15,215 nucleotides of DNA. Origin: Candidatus Thorarchaeota archaeon (GTDB lineage: Archaea; Asgardarchaeota; Thorarchaeia; Thorarchaeales; Thorarchaeaceae). The notes under the pieces were generated by a model. That model was given only the letters and a program-made list of their open reading frames with translations, searched no databases and was not told the DNA's origin. How positions within the stretch are numbered: the stretch's first letter is position 1; each line of letters starts with the position of its first letter. This document shows positions 1-6,803 of the stretch, piece after piece. The DNA lies in contig JAEOTX010000249.1 of assembly GCA_016839605.1 (NCBI GenBank), forward strand, positions 1 through 15,215, read 5' to 3'. The translations under genes were made by a program, and so were the position numbers.

Positions 1-2
1 AT

Positions 3-986
3 AATCACATCGATGCTACTGCTTCATTCCTTGATGGTAGAAAAGTTGAGAGTGCCAAGACTATAGCAGGTTTGGTCTACGGCCTCACCAGATTCAAAGA
101 ACACCTTGAGCAGGGGATGTCCATGAGCCTTCGAGATTACTACTACATGCACAAGGTGAAACGAGTTCAAGCAGCACTCAGCATTGGCACACAAAATGAG
201 ACCAATAGAGCAATCAACCTTTGTGAACGAATTCTCAGGTCAAACGGAGAATCTATTCCGCGTGAGGAATTCGGTGTCGTTAGTTCTCCTAAAGGCACGT
301 TCTATGGTGATGTGACTCTCTCAGACCTTTCTGGAAAGAAAATCAATTGTGCAGGTGCTGGGGAGTATGGTTGGTTCATTTCATCGCGACCCTTTGAAGT
401 GAAGATTCATGACATCAACATAGATGCAGCCGTACTCGTGGAGAAAGAAGCCATGGCGCGAAACCTCATCGAGCTAGGAATCCCTGAAGACATGAAGCTC
501 GGAATAGGATCATTGTTTGGTCAGCCTGGGAGAAACATGCGAGCCTGGATTCGAAGGCTAGCAGATGCCGGTGTTCCGATTTTGGTTCTCGTGGACATGT
601 CGCCTTGGTCGCTGCGAATCTTCTCGACCATAAGGAACAACTCTATCGAACTTGCTAATATCGGAGGACTTGCGACGCCTGAGGCTCGTTTAATTGGGCT
701 AAGTATTGAGGATTTCTGGCGCAAGAAGGGAATGCTCAAGGACATCGAACACTCACTTGAGATGATGAGCAGCTCGGATATCAAGTGTGCACGTCAAAAC
801 CAATCCATTCCAGCTATAAGCCAGGATGAAATACTGAAACGTGAGAATGATACGATGCTAAAGAAGAAGAGGAAAGGAGAACTTGAAGCGTTCAAAGCAT
901 TTGGGCTCCCACTAAATCAATTAAAAACCGCATATATGAAATACATTCAGTCCAAAGCACGAGGCTTTGATGTGAAACTGATATAA
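3..986 (+). CDS. top6A: DNA topoisomerase VI subunit A / Spo11 family protein, divergent (5'-truncated)
   Basis: Frame is open from position 3 (NHIDATASFLDGRKVESAKTIAGLVYG...), so the true start lies upstream of the window. Collinear Top6A motifs: SLRDYYY (catalytic Tyr motif, 126-146), REEFGV..KG, VLVEKEA (Toprim Glu at 441-443), GQPGRNMRAWIRRL, LVDMSPW (DxD position, 594-602), LATPEARLIGL, KGELEAF. Confidence 0.9.
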   Translation, partial: NHIDATASFLDGRKVESAKTIAGLVYGLTRFKEHLEQGMSMSLRDYYYMHKVKRVQAALSIGTQNETNRAINLCERILRSNGESIPREEFGVVSSPKGTFYGDVTLSDLSGKKINCAGAGEYGWFISSRPFEVKIHDINIDAAVLVEKEAMARNLIELGIPEDMKLGIGSLFGQPGRNMRAWIRRLADAGVPILVLVDMSPWSLRIFSTIRNNSIELANIGGLATPEARLIGLSIEDFWRKKGMLKDIEHSLEMMSSSDIKCARQNQSIPAISQDEILKRENDTMLKKKRKGELEAFKAFGLPLNQLKTAYMKYIQSKARGFDVKLI

Positions 987-1022
987 GATACTGAATAATC
1001 AAGCATGTTTGGTGGAGATACT

Positions 1023-1679
1023 ATGTCAATGGACAAGGAGAATACGCTCGAAGATTTTGACAAATTGAGAGAATCTGTTGTCAAATTGCTGGATGAGCAT
1101 GACCGGCTAACTGGTGAGGTTGACAGCTATTCAAGTGAAGCAGAAGAGCTCCGTTCGGCAAAGAGAGAAGCTGAGGAAAAATCCTGGGCGGCTGAGGAAA
1201 GAGCGGACAAAGCGGAGAGCGCTCTCGAGGAGTCAGAGTCCAAATTGAAGAGTTCTACCGAGGAATTGGAGACTCTGAGGTCTGATACAACAAAAGACTC
1301 CGAGATAGACGACCTCAGAAAGGAGCGTGATGAGCTCAGATCTGAGATGGATGAGATAAATTCAAAGCTTGCACGAGTATCCGAGCTGTATCGGGAAACT
1401 TCGGCAGAGAAGGAGAAACTCCAAGAGAAAGTAGATGTGAGTGACCTGCTGGCAATCTACATTATTCTAATTGAGAACATCTTCGGTGGCAAGCCTCACG
1501 CAAGGGTGCTTTACACTCTGCACAACACAAAGACCGCCATCACTAGGAAAAATATCGAATCCAGTACAGGGATTATGGCTACAGCTGTTATGAAAGCAAT
1601 CCATGATCTAAGGAACGCTGAGCTTGTTTCCTACGATGATGATACACAAGAGGTCAAGCTGATAAAGGAAATAATGTAG
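1023..1679 (+). CDS. Coiled-coil protein with C-terminal winged helix-turn-helix domain
   Basis: About 140 aa of acidic heptad-rich sequence, then PHARVLYTL...ITRKNIESSTGIMATAVMKAIHDLRNAELVSYDDDTQEVKL (wHTH pattern with wing). Start moved to ATG 1023 because GGTGGAG (1011-1017) is a good RBS; ATG 1005 is the alternative. Confidence 0.75.
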   Translation: MSMDKENTLEDFDKLRESVVKLLDEHDRLTGEVDSYSSEAEELRSAKREAEEKSWAAEERADKAESALEESESKLKSSTEELETLRSDTTKDSEIDDLRKERDELRSEMDEINSKLARVSELYRETSAEKEKLQEKVDVSDLLAIYIILIENIFGGKPHARVLYTLHNTKTAITRKNIESSTGIMATAVMKAIHDLRNAELVSYDDDTQEVKLIKEIM

Positions 1680-1722
1680 GTCCAGAGAAGCATCTGGCGA
1701 TTGACCCTGAGAGTGTAAACCT

Positions 1723-2724
1723 GTGGGAAGAATAAAGTATGCACCAGAACTGAAGAAGTACGTGAGAAGGTACAATCTGGGAGAGAAACTCAGCTCCATT
1801 TTCTACCTTCTTGGCAACGATGCACAAAACGTAGTAAACTGGGCATTCAAAGAATCCAAAAGGAAACAAGAAGGGAGAAAGACACTACAGGGCATAGAAC
1901 TTGGAAAAGCAATGTTTCATTTGCTTGGAAGAACTGCAGCGGTTCGCCTAGTACAACAGAATCATGCTCGGAGAAGACTGACAACTAAGAGCGAGGTTCG
2001 GCTTAAGACCGGTCAAAAGATGGAGATGCCAGTCCTCTACCAAGAAGCCGGTCTTCGCCATCCCCAGGAAGCGCGGAACCTCAGGCATAACCTATTCCAT
2101 GAGGCATTTCACGCTTTGATCACTCATCTGTTCCCCGATGTAGAAACAAGTGTTCCTTCAACCGGAGAAGGACTTACCCCTGATCTTATGGTCAAGCACA
2201 AAGACCCAGCATGGACAATCTCAGTTGAGTATAAGGGGTATCGCTCAATTACTCTTCTTAGTGAGTCAGAGATTCTAAAAGGGATGCGATATCAAGCTGC
2301 CTACGGCACTGCATGGCTAGTGACCTCGACAACGAAGGATGTAAGCAATCTATACGGCACCACGATAAGTTCAGAGGAAGTTATTGAAAGAGGCTTAGCA
2401 CGACTCCGCAATATCTCAAAAAGAAGGGTCTATACATCTGAACAGAAGGAAAACAAGGGTATTGCCAGAAAAGGGATTTCACACCTGCAGAAACATGTCG
2501 GTGATGGTCTGCGTTGTAAGGTATTCTCCGCAGCTGACCTGCTAGACTCCTGTAAGGCAGGCAAACCCCTGAAAGGATTAGCTGTAACAACAGGGCTCGA
2601 TTTTGTTGACATGCTTTGTGATGTTGGAATGGAAAAGCATGCAGACAACGTATTAAGAATCATGAAAACTCCCGCTCGTTCGATACATAGTGACACGGTG
2701 ACATCAGTCAGGCTCATAGGATAG
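1723..2724 (+). CDS. PD-(D/E)xK restriction-endonuclease-like fold protein
   Basis: Helix NLFHEAFHAL, then TPDLMVK (PD at 2179-2184) and ISVEYKGY (ExK at 2227-2235), then a helix and the strand AWLVT. Basic helical N-terminal region. GTG start. Confidence 0.65.
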   Translation: MGRIKYAPELKKYVRRYNLGEKLSSIFYLLGNDAQNVVNWAFKESKRKQEGRKTLQGIELGKAMFHLLGRTAAVRLVQQNHARRRLTTKSEVRLKTGQKMEMPVLYQEAGLRHPQEARNLRHNLFHEAFHALITHLFPDVETSVPSTGEGLTPDLMVKHKDPAWTISVEYKGYRSITLLSESEILKGMRYQAAYGTAWLVTSTTKDVSNLYGTTISSEEVIERGLARLRNISKRRVYTSEQKENKGIARKGISHLQKHVGDGLRCKVFSAADLLDSCKAGKPLKGLAVTTGLDFVDMLCDVGMEKHADNVLRIMKTPARSIHSDTVTSVRLIG

Positions 2725-2833
2725 ACCGAAACTACTCGGTGGGACATATGCTCCCAAGCTTTATTTGCTGCCAGCCTCCAATCAAATAGTAGTGCCGTCT
2801 GAGAGATGGCCTATTTATTCCGAGGGATGGAAG

Positions 2834-3226
2834 TTGGTACAACCTGGCGCCGAAGAAGTGCCCAACATTCTCAAAGAGGTTCTGAAGAAGCTCTCCAATA
2901 ATTCGCCAATACTTGGTGCTGCCATCCTATCCGTGGAGGGATTACCACTTGTAAGTCATTTTCATGGTAGAACCGAAGAAGTTGCTGTTGCTGCGATGGT
3001 GGCAGGCATCCATTCGGCCGGAGAGCAGACAGTTCGAGAGTTGCGTCAGGGGAATCTCAAATCCATTATCATTCAAGGGAATCGAGGTGCCACCCTTGTT
3101 ATTTCGATGCCCTCAGATTACCTCCTTGCAGTGACTGCTCCTGAAAATGCGAGATTGGGTCTAATATTCAATGATGCCAAACGAGCAGCAAGGGAAGCAA
3201 GCAAAATTATCCGAGAGCTTGCTTGA
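2834..3226 (+). CDS. Roadblock/LC7 (MglB/LAMTOR-like) domain protein
   Basis: Classic pattern LKKLSNNSPILGAAILSVEGLPLVS...VAAMVAGIHSAGEQTVRELRQGNLKSIIIQGNRG...LAVTAPENARLGLIF. Start proposed at in-frame TTG 2834 (GAGGG at 2822-2826); GTG 2858 is the alternative. Confidence 0.9.
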   Translation: MVQPGAEEVPNILKEVLKKLSNNSPILGAAILSVEGLPLVSHFHGRTEEVAVAAMVAGIHSAGEQTVRELRQGNLKSIIIQGNRGATLVISMPSDYLLAVTAPENARLGLIFNDAKRAAREASKIIRELA

Positions 3227-3237
3227 GTGAGTGAGCA

Positions 3238-4062
3238 ATGGATCTAGCCTATCCTCCTGAACGTCATCCATGTTGGTCTCATTCCAGGTTCCGTATCTGG
3301 GAGCGGATTCATCTCCCAGTTGCTAAATCCTGCAATGTAAAATGTGCCTTCTGTGATTGGAATCACACTTCAAGCTGCCACACTCCAGCACCTGGGTCAT
3401 CCCGAATTCTAATGAACCCTGAAGAAGCTGTGAACAGAGCTCTTGAGGAAATTGAAAAAAGACCCAACCTCAAGATTGCTGCTGTATCAGGGCCAGGAGA
3501 GCCATTGGCAAATAATGAAACATTCAATACTCTCCAAGGAATCAAAGCAGCAATCCCTGACATTCATTTCTGTATAAGCACAAATGGGATACTTTTGGCA
3601 AACCAGGTTTCAAGGCTTTTGGAGTTGGATGTTGAAACAGTTTCTGTTTCAACAAGTACTACTAATCCTCGCTCTGCAGCAAGAATCTATGAATGGGCAG
3701 TGATTGATGGGAAACTGCTGCGAGGAGAAAAGATGGGGAAAGCGGTTATCAAGAAGCAGCTAGAAGGAATCTGTAAAGCAGTAAGTGCAGGCATTCGTGT
3801 GAAAGTGAATACTATTTTAATGCCCTCTATCAACGGTTATGATATTGGTGATTTGGCTAGACGAATTGCCAAAGCTGGGGCTACACTTCAAAATATCGTG
3901 CCCCTCGTTCCAACTGCCAACATGATGAAGGTTCCCGCACCATCTCTAGTGGAATTGGAGAAGGCAAGGCAAGTTGGCTCCTTATTTATCGACCAGTTCC
4001 ATCATTGTTATCAATGCAGAAGTGATGTTGTAGGAATCCCTGGAGATGATACACCCCTATAG
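3238..4062 (+). CDS. NifB-like single-domain radical SAM protein
   Basis: HPC (3265-3273), RIHLPVA, CNVKCAFC (CxxxCxxC, 3331-3354), SGPGEPLAN, FCISTNG, KVNT, QNIVPL and C-terminal CYQCRSDVVG match the NifB family layout. The ExRP and TxTxN signatures are altered, so the nifB symbol is withheld. Confidence 0.85.
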   Translation: MDLAYPPERHPCWSHSRFRIWERIHLPVAKSCNVKCAFCDWNHTSSCHTPAPGSSRILMNPEEAVNRALEEIEKRPNLKIAAVSGPGEPLANNETFNTLQGIKAAIPDIHFCISTNGILLANQVSRLLELDVETVSVSTSTTNPRSAARIYEWAVIDGKLLRGEKMGKAVIKKQLEGICKAVSAGIRVKVNTILMPSINGYDIGDLARRIAKAGATLQNIVPLVPTANMMKVPAPSLVELEKARQVGSLFIDQFHHCYQCRSDVVGIPGDDTPL

Positions 4063-4068
4063 AGTGTA

Positions 4069-4899
4069 TCAGACCGTGGTGAGACAACCATACTCCACAA
4101 GCTTGTTGATTAGGAACCAAAGCGCATTGCGGTCGTAGCGGTCGTTCTGTAGTGACTCGAAGACCTCACTGATTGATTTGACACCATCAAAAGTAGCAAA
4201 TAGACTATCTACAGCATTGGTCTCATATTGGCTTCGAAGCTTGTCCAGATCAGAGTCATCACAATCACTACATACAAGAATATCATTTTCAGAAAGCCTG
4301 CGCTTGAAGCCGATCCATTTGTACTTGGCAAGAGCAGAAACTGCACCAAGAACCTCCTCTTCAGGTAAGCCGATTAAGTCCAATATCTCTGCGACCGTGC
4401 GTTTTCCGTTGATGAAAGCCTCAACCTGCTCGAGCTTCCTATCAACATCACCCACACGGAATCCGATTCGAACTCCCCCAGACCTGCGAATCGGCACTAA
4501 ATCAAGGTCAATATCGAAATATGGAAACTCCTTGATGATATTAAGTGCAAAGTCCCTAAAGATTCTCACATCGCCCTCGAAATCTCTTAGCTTTCTGCCA
4601 TGCGTTGACTCAACATTTTGCAGAATTTTCTGCAGCTTCTCACGGTATGGTGCCTCGTCTGGAACTGGATCAACTACAAGAAGAACGAGTACTGTATCTC
4701 CAACTTCAATCAGGATATCGTATGCTGCTTTCCTGATTGTCCTAATAGGTGTCTTGGCAAAGATAATAACTGCCGTGACAAAGCCAGCAATAAGGTCTGG
4801 GTCAACGGTCATCTCAGCGTAGGGAACATTGAGAACGGATTCTCCACCTTCCATTCGGATAAGAGAGATATATCTGACCTTTTTTGTGTCAACAGTCAT
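4069..4899 (-). CDS. Longin-like domain + tandem winged-helix protein (NPRL2/NPRL3-like architecture), paralogue A
   Basis: N-terminal EGGE...DPDLIAGFVTAVIIF...FEGDVRIFRDF is typical of Asgard longin-like domains. Two wHTH modules: FINGKRTVAEILDLIGLPEEEVLGAVSALAKYKWI and FDGVKSISEV...INKLVEYGCL. RBS GGAGG at 4911-4915 (minus strand). Confidence 0.7.
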   Translation of the reverse strand: MTVDTKKVRYISLIRMEGGESVLNVPYAEMTVDPDLIAGFVTAVIIFAKTPIRTIRKAAYDILIEVGDTVLVLLVVDPVPDEAPYREKLQKILQNVESTHGRKLRDFEGDVRIFRDFALNIIKEFPYFDIDLDLVPIRRSGGVRIGFRVGDVDRKLEQVEAFINGKRTVAEILDLIGLPEEEVLGAVSALAKYKWIGFKRRLSENDILVCSDCDDSDLDKLRSQYETNAVDSLFATFDGVKSISEVFESLQNDRYDRNALWFLINKLVEYGCLTTV

Positions 4900-4948
4900 G
4901 CTGAAACATTCCTCCTATCCTATGTTCACTAGTGTGGTATGCTGTGAG

Positions 4949-4977
4949 AGACAAAGCCATTTTAATAGACTTTGTCT
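4949..4977 (-). promoter_or_regulatory. TATA-like box bracketed by a perfect 8-bp inverted repeat
   Basis: AGACAAAG (4949-4956) and CTTTGTCT (4970-4977) flank a 13-nt spacer containing minus-strand TATTAAAA (4960-4967), upstream of paralogue A. Confidence 0.45.
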
Positions 4978-4997
4978 GTGAAGAGGCAACGCAATGC

Positions 4998-5852
4998 CTA
5001 CGCGGTTTCCAGATCATGGTAACCCAGCACCCCCGCATCGATCAGGTTTTTTGCTACTGTTTTGACCGCCTCCATATTATACGGTAAGGACTCGCATACT
5101 TCATGGAGTGTTCTCGTGCCATCACAGAGTTCCACAAGAGCTGTCAGTTGGTCCCCATATACTCCTCGCAGTAGAAGAGGAGGCTCCATCACCTTCACAA
5201 GTATACTCTTCTCTTCCAAACGTCTATTCAATGTGATCCATTTGTAGCGGTCAAGCATTGAGAGTAATGCTAATGCTTCACCTTCCGGCAGCTCAGATTG
5301 GTCGATTATTTCGCCTATAGTTCGTTTCCCATTTATGAAGCCAGAGATTCGCTGTAATTTCTCATCAGTTTCGCCAACACTCCAAGGTATAACAGCCTGA
5401 AGATCAGGTGCTGCTTCAGATTTAGTTACCATTCGAGGAACCAGCTCCCAATCCAGTTTTCTGTATTGGAATATTTCGAGAATGTTGAGTGCGTACTCTC
5501 TGAATGGGCGGATGTCACCCTTCCAGTTCTGCAAATGCACTTCATATTCCGATTCAAATCTCTCAATGAGTTTGATGAGTGCTTGACGATACTCGGCATC
5601 ATCGTCCACTTTATCTATAATGAGAAGTCCGACCACATACTGCCCTTCTTCGATGACTACAACATAGCCTTCCTTAGTAAATGTCTTCAATTGCCGGTTC
5701 TCGAAGATGATGATGGCCAGCACAAAACTCGCGACCAAGTCCGGATCCACTGACATCTCACGATAGGGGATGCCAATTATTGGCTCACCTCCCTCCCTTC
5801 TCACCAATGAGAGGTAGCGGACCTTTGCACCTTGGTCTTTGGAGTCACTCAT
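4998..5852 (-). CDS. Longin-like domain + tandem winged-helix protein (NPRL2/NPRL3-like architecture), paralogue B
   Basis: Collinear with paralogue A (about 58 of 121 N-terminal residues identical, counted by hand without gaps). wHTH modules FINGKRTIGEII...LSMLDRYKWI and CDGTRTLHEV...KNLIDAGVL. Start reassigned to ATG 5852 (MSDSKDQG): it matches the start of paralogue A, removes the overlap with the upstream gene, and has TTATAT about 30 nt upstream (5881-5886). Confidence 0.7.
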   Translation of the reverse strand: MSDSKDQGAKVRYLSLVRREGGEPIIGIPYREMSVDPDLVASFVLAIIIFENRQLKTFTKEGYVVVIEEGQYVVGLLIIDKVDDDAEYRQALIKLIERFESEYEVHLQNWKGDIRPFREYALNILEIFQYRKLDWELVPRMVTKSEAAPDLQAVIPWSVGETDEKLQRISGFINGKRTIGEIIDQSELPEGEALALLSMLDRYKWITLNRRLEEKSILVKVMEPPLLLRGVYGDQLTALVELCDGTRTLHEVCESLPYNMEAVKTVAKNLIDAGVLGYHDLETA

Positions 5853-5898
5853 TATGATTAGTTGCAGGACAATTGACCAGATATAACTTGTCTGAACA

Positions 5899-6792
5899 TC
5901 ATATGAAATCAAGAAGGCCTGTTTGGGACACTACTCTCACGTCAGATGTGTCATCTAATTCGTAGCCAATCAATTCTGACAGGTTGGCTACCGTGAAAGC
6001 TGAGTCAATCCTAGTCACAAGTAGTGAACCTTTCATTCCTACAACCTGTCCCATCATCTGGAGACCCTCAATAGAGGTTCTCCCAGTCCGCCACCTTTGG
6101 GGTTCCGCATTCAATGAATCAATGTTATAGTGATTCGATAAGTCCTGCAGCCTTACCTCTGATTCAATTTCGATCTCCTTGACCGAATTGAGAAATCCTT
6201 GGGCGATGTCCTGAGCGATTTCCACACCAATAGGTTTCAGTAGGTGCATCGCCTTACGTTCAGCTCTGACTTGTTTCTTGACGTCGGGGCTAGTCCCTAG
6301 TCTACGTTCAATCTGACGCGCTTTCAAACCACCCTGGACAACTCCAATGATTCCACCGAAGTCAGCTCCCTGTTCCACCCAGCGAGTGACGACTCTTGAT
6401 TTCGAAGAAACACCAATCTTCAACGTATTATCATTGAAGACTGCAAGATAAACTGCGTATTCTGTTGATAGGCACCATTCTTTTCGTGAATCGCTCGCAT
6501 TGCAATCTCTGCCATCGCATCGAATGCATGGGTCCATCTCATCCATTGCAGAACATGGCCCACATCTACGCATCCCTCGTCGAACTAGGCTATTCTCAGG
6601 ACATCTTATCGGAACGCCATTTGAGTCTACACTACCTATGCAACGCTTTGGTCCATGGATTGTCCACGCTACTTCGTATCCTGATGGTAGAGGTAAGAAG
6701 CGGGGCGCGTCTGTATCATCTGACCAAACTCTGAGTCCGGATTCAAAGAAATCTCCACTCATAGGTCTCCACAAGACGTTCATCACTTGCAT
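5899..6792 (-). CDS. DUF2797-family protein (Cys-rich Zn-binding N-terminal part, C-terminal PIP-box-like motif)
   Basis: RCIG..CP..CGPC..CIRC..C..WC, then YAVYLA..LKIGVS..RWVEQGA..ARQIE..GQVVGMKGSLL..LSELIGY. Start reassigned to ATG 6792 (AGGAG at 6801-6805 on minus), which removes a 151-nt overlap with the upstream gene. Confidence 0.8.
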   Translation of the reverse strand: MQVMNVLWRPMSGDFFESGLRVWSDDTDAPRFLPLPSGYEVAWTIHGPKRCIGSVDSNGVPIRCPENSLVRRGMRRCGPCSAMDEMDPCIRCDGRDCNASDSRKEWCLSTEYAVYLAVFNDNTLKIGVSSKSRVVTRWVEQGADFGGIIGVVQGGLKARQIERRLGTSPDVKKQVRAERKAMHLLKPIGVEIAQDIAQGFLNSVKEIEIESEVRLQDLSNHYNIDSLNAEPQRWRTGRTSIEGLQMMGQVVGMKGSLLVTRIDSAFTVANLSELIGYELDDTSDVRVVSQTGLLDFI

Positions 6793-6803
6793 ATCAAAGA
6801 CTC

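Noticed and set aside
3-1679. Wadjet (JetABCD) or Topo VIII interpretation
   Set aside because: The protein is collinear with Top6A including the catalytic Tyr motif, which does not fit JetD. No SMC ATPase is present in the window, and no fused B-subunit sequence is visible in the available part.
3238-4062. Evidence for nitrogen fixation
   Set aside because: No other nif genes are in the window and NifB-specific signatures are altered.
4178-4822. 214-aa + strand ORF and the other antisense or nested ORFs (521..784, 2430..2747, 6500..6946, 9176..9484, 9494..9925, 12075..12440, 14116..14400 etc.)
   Set aside because: They lie opposite or within well-supported genes and are Ser/Thr-rich, motif-free shadow frames.
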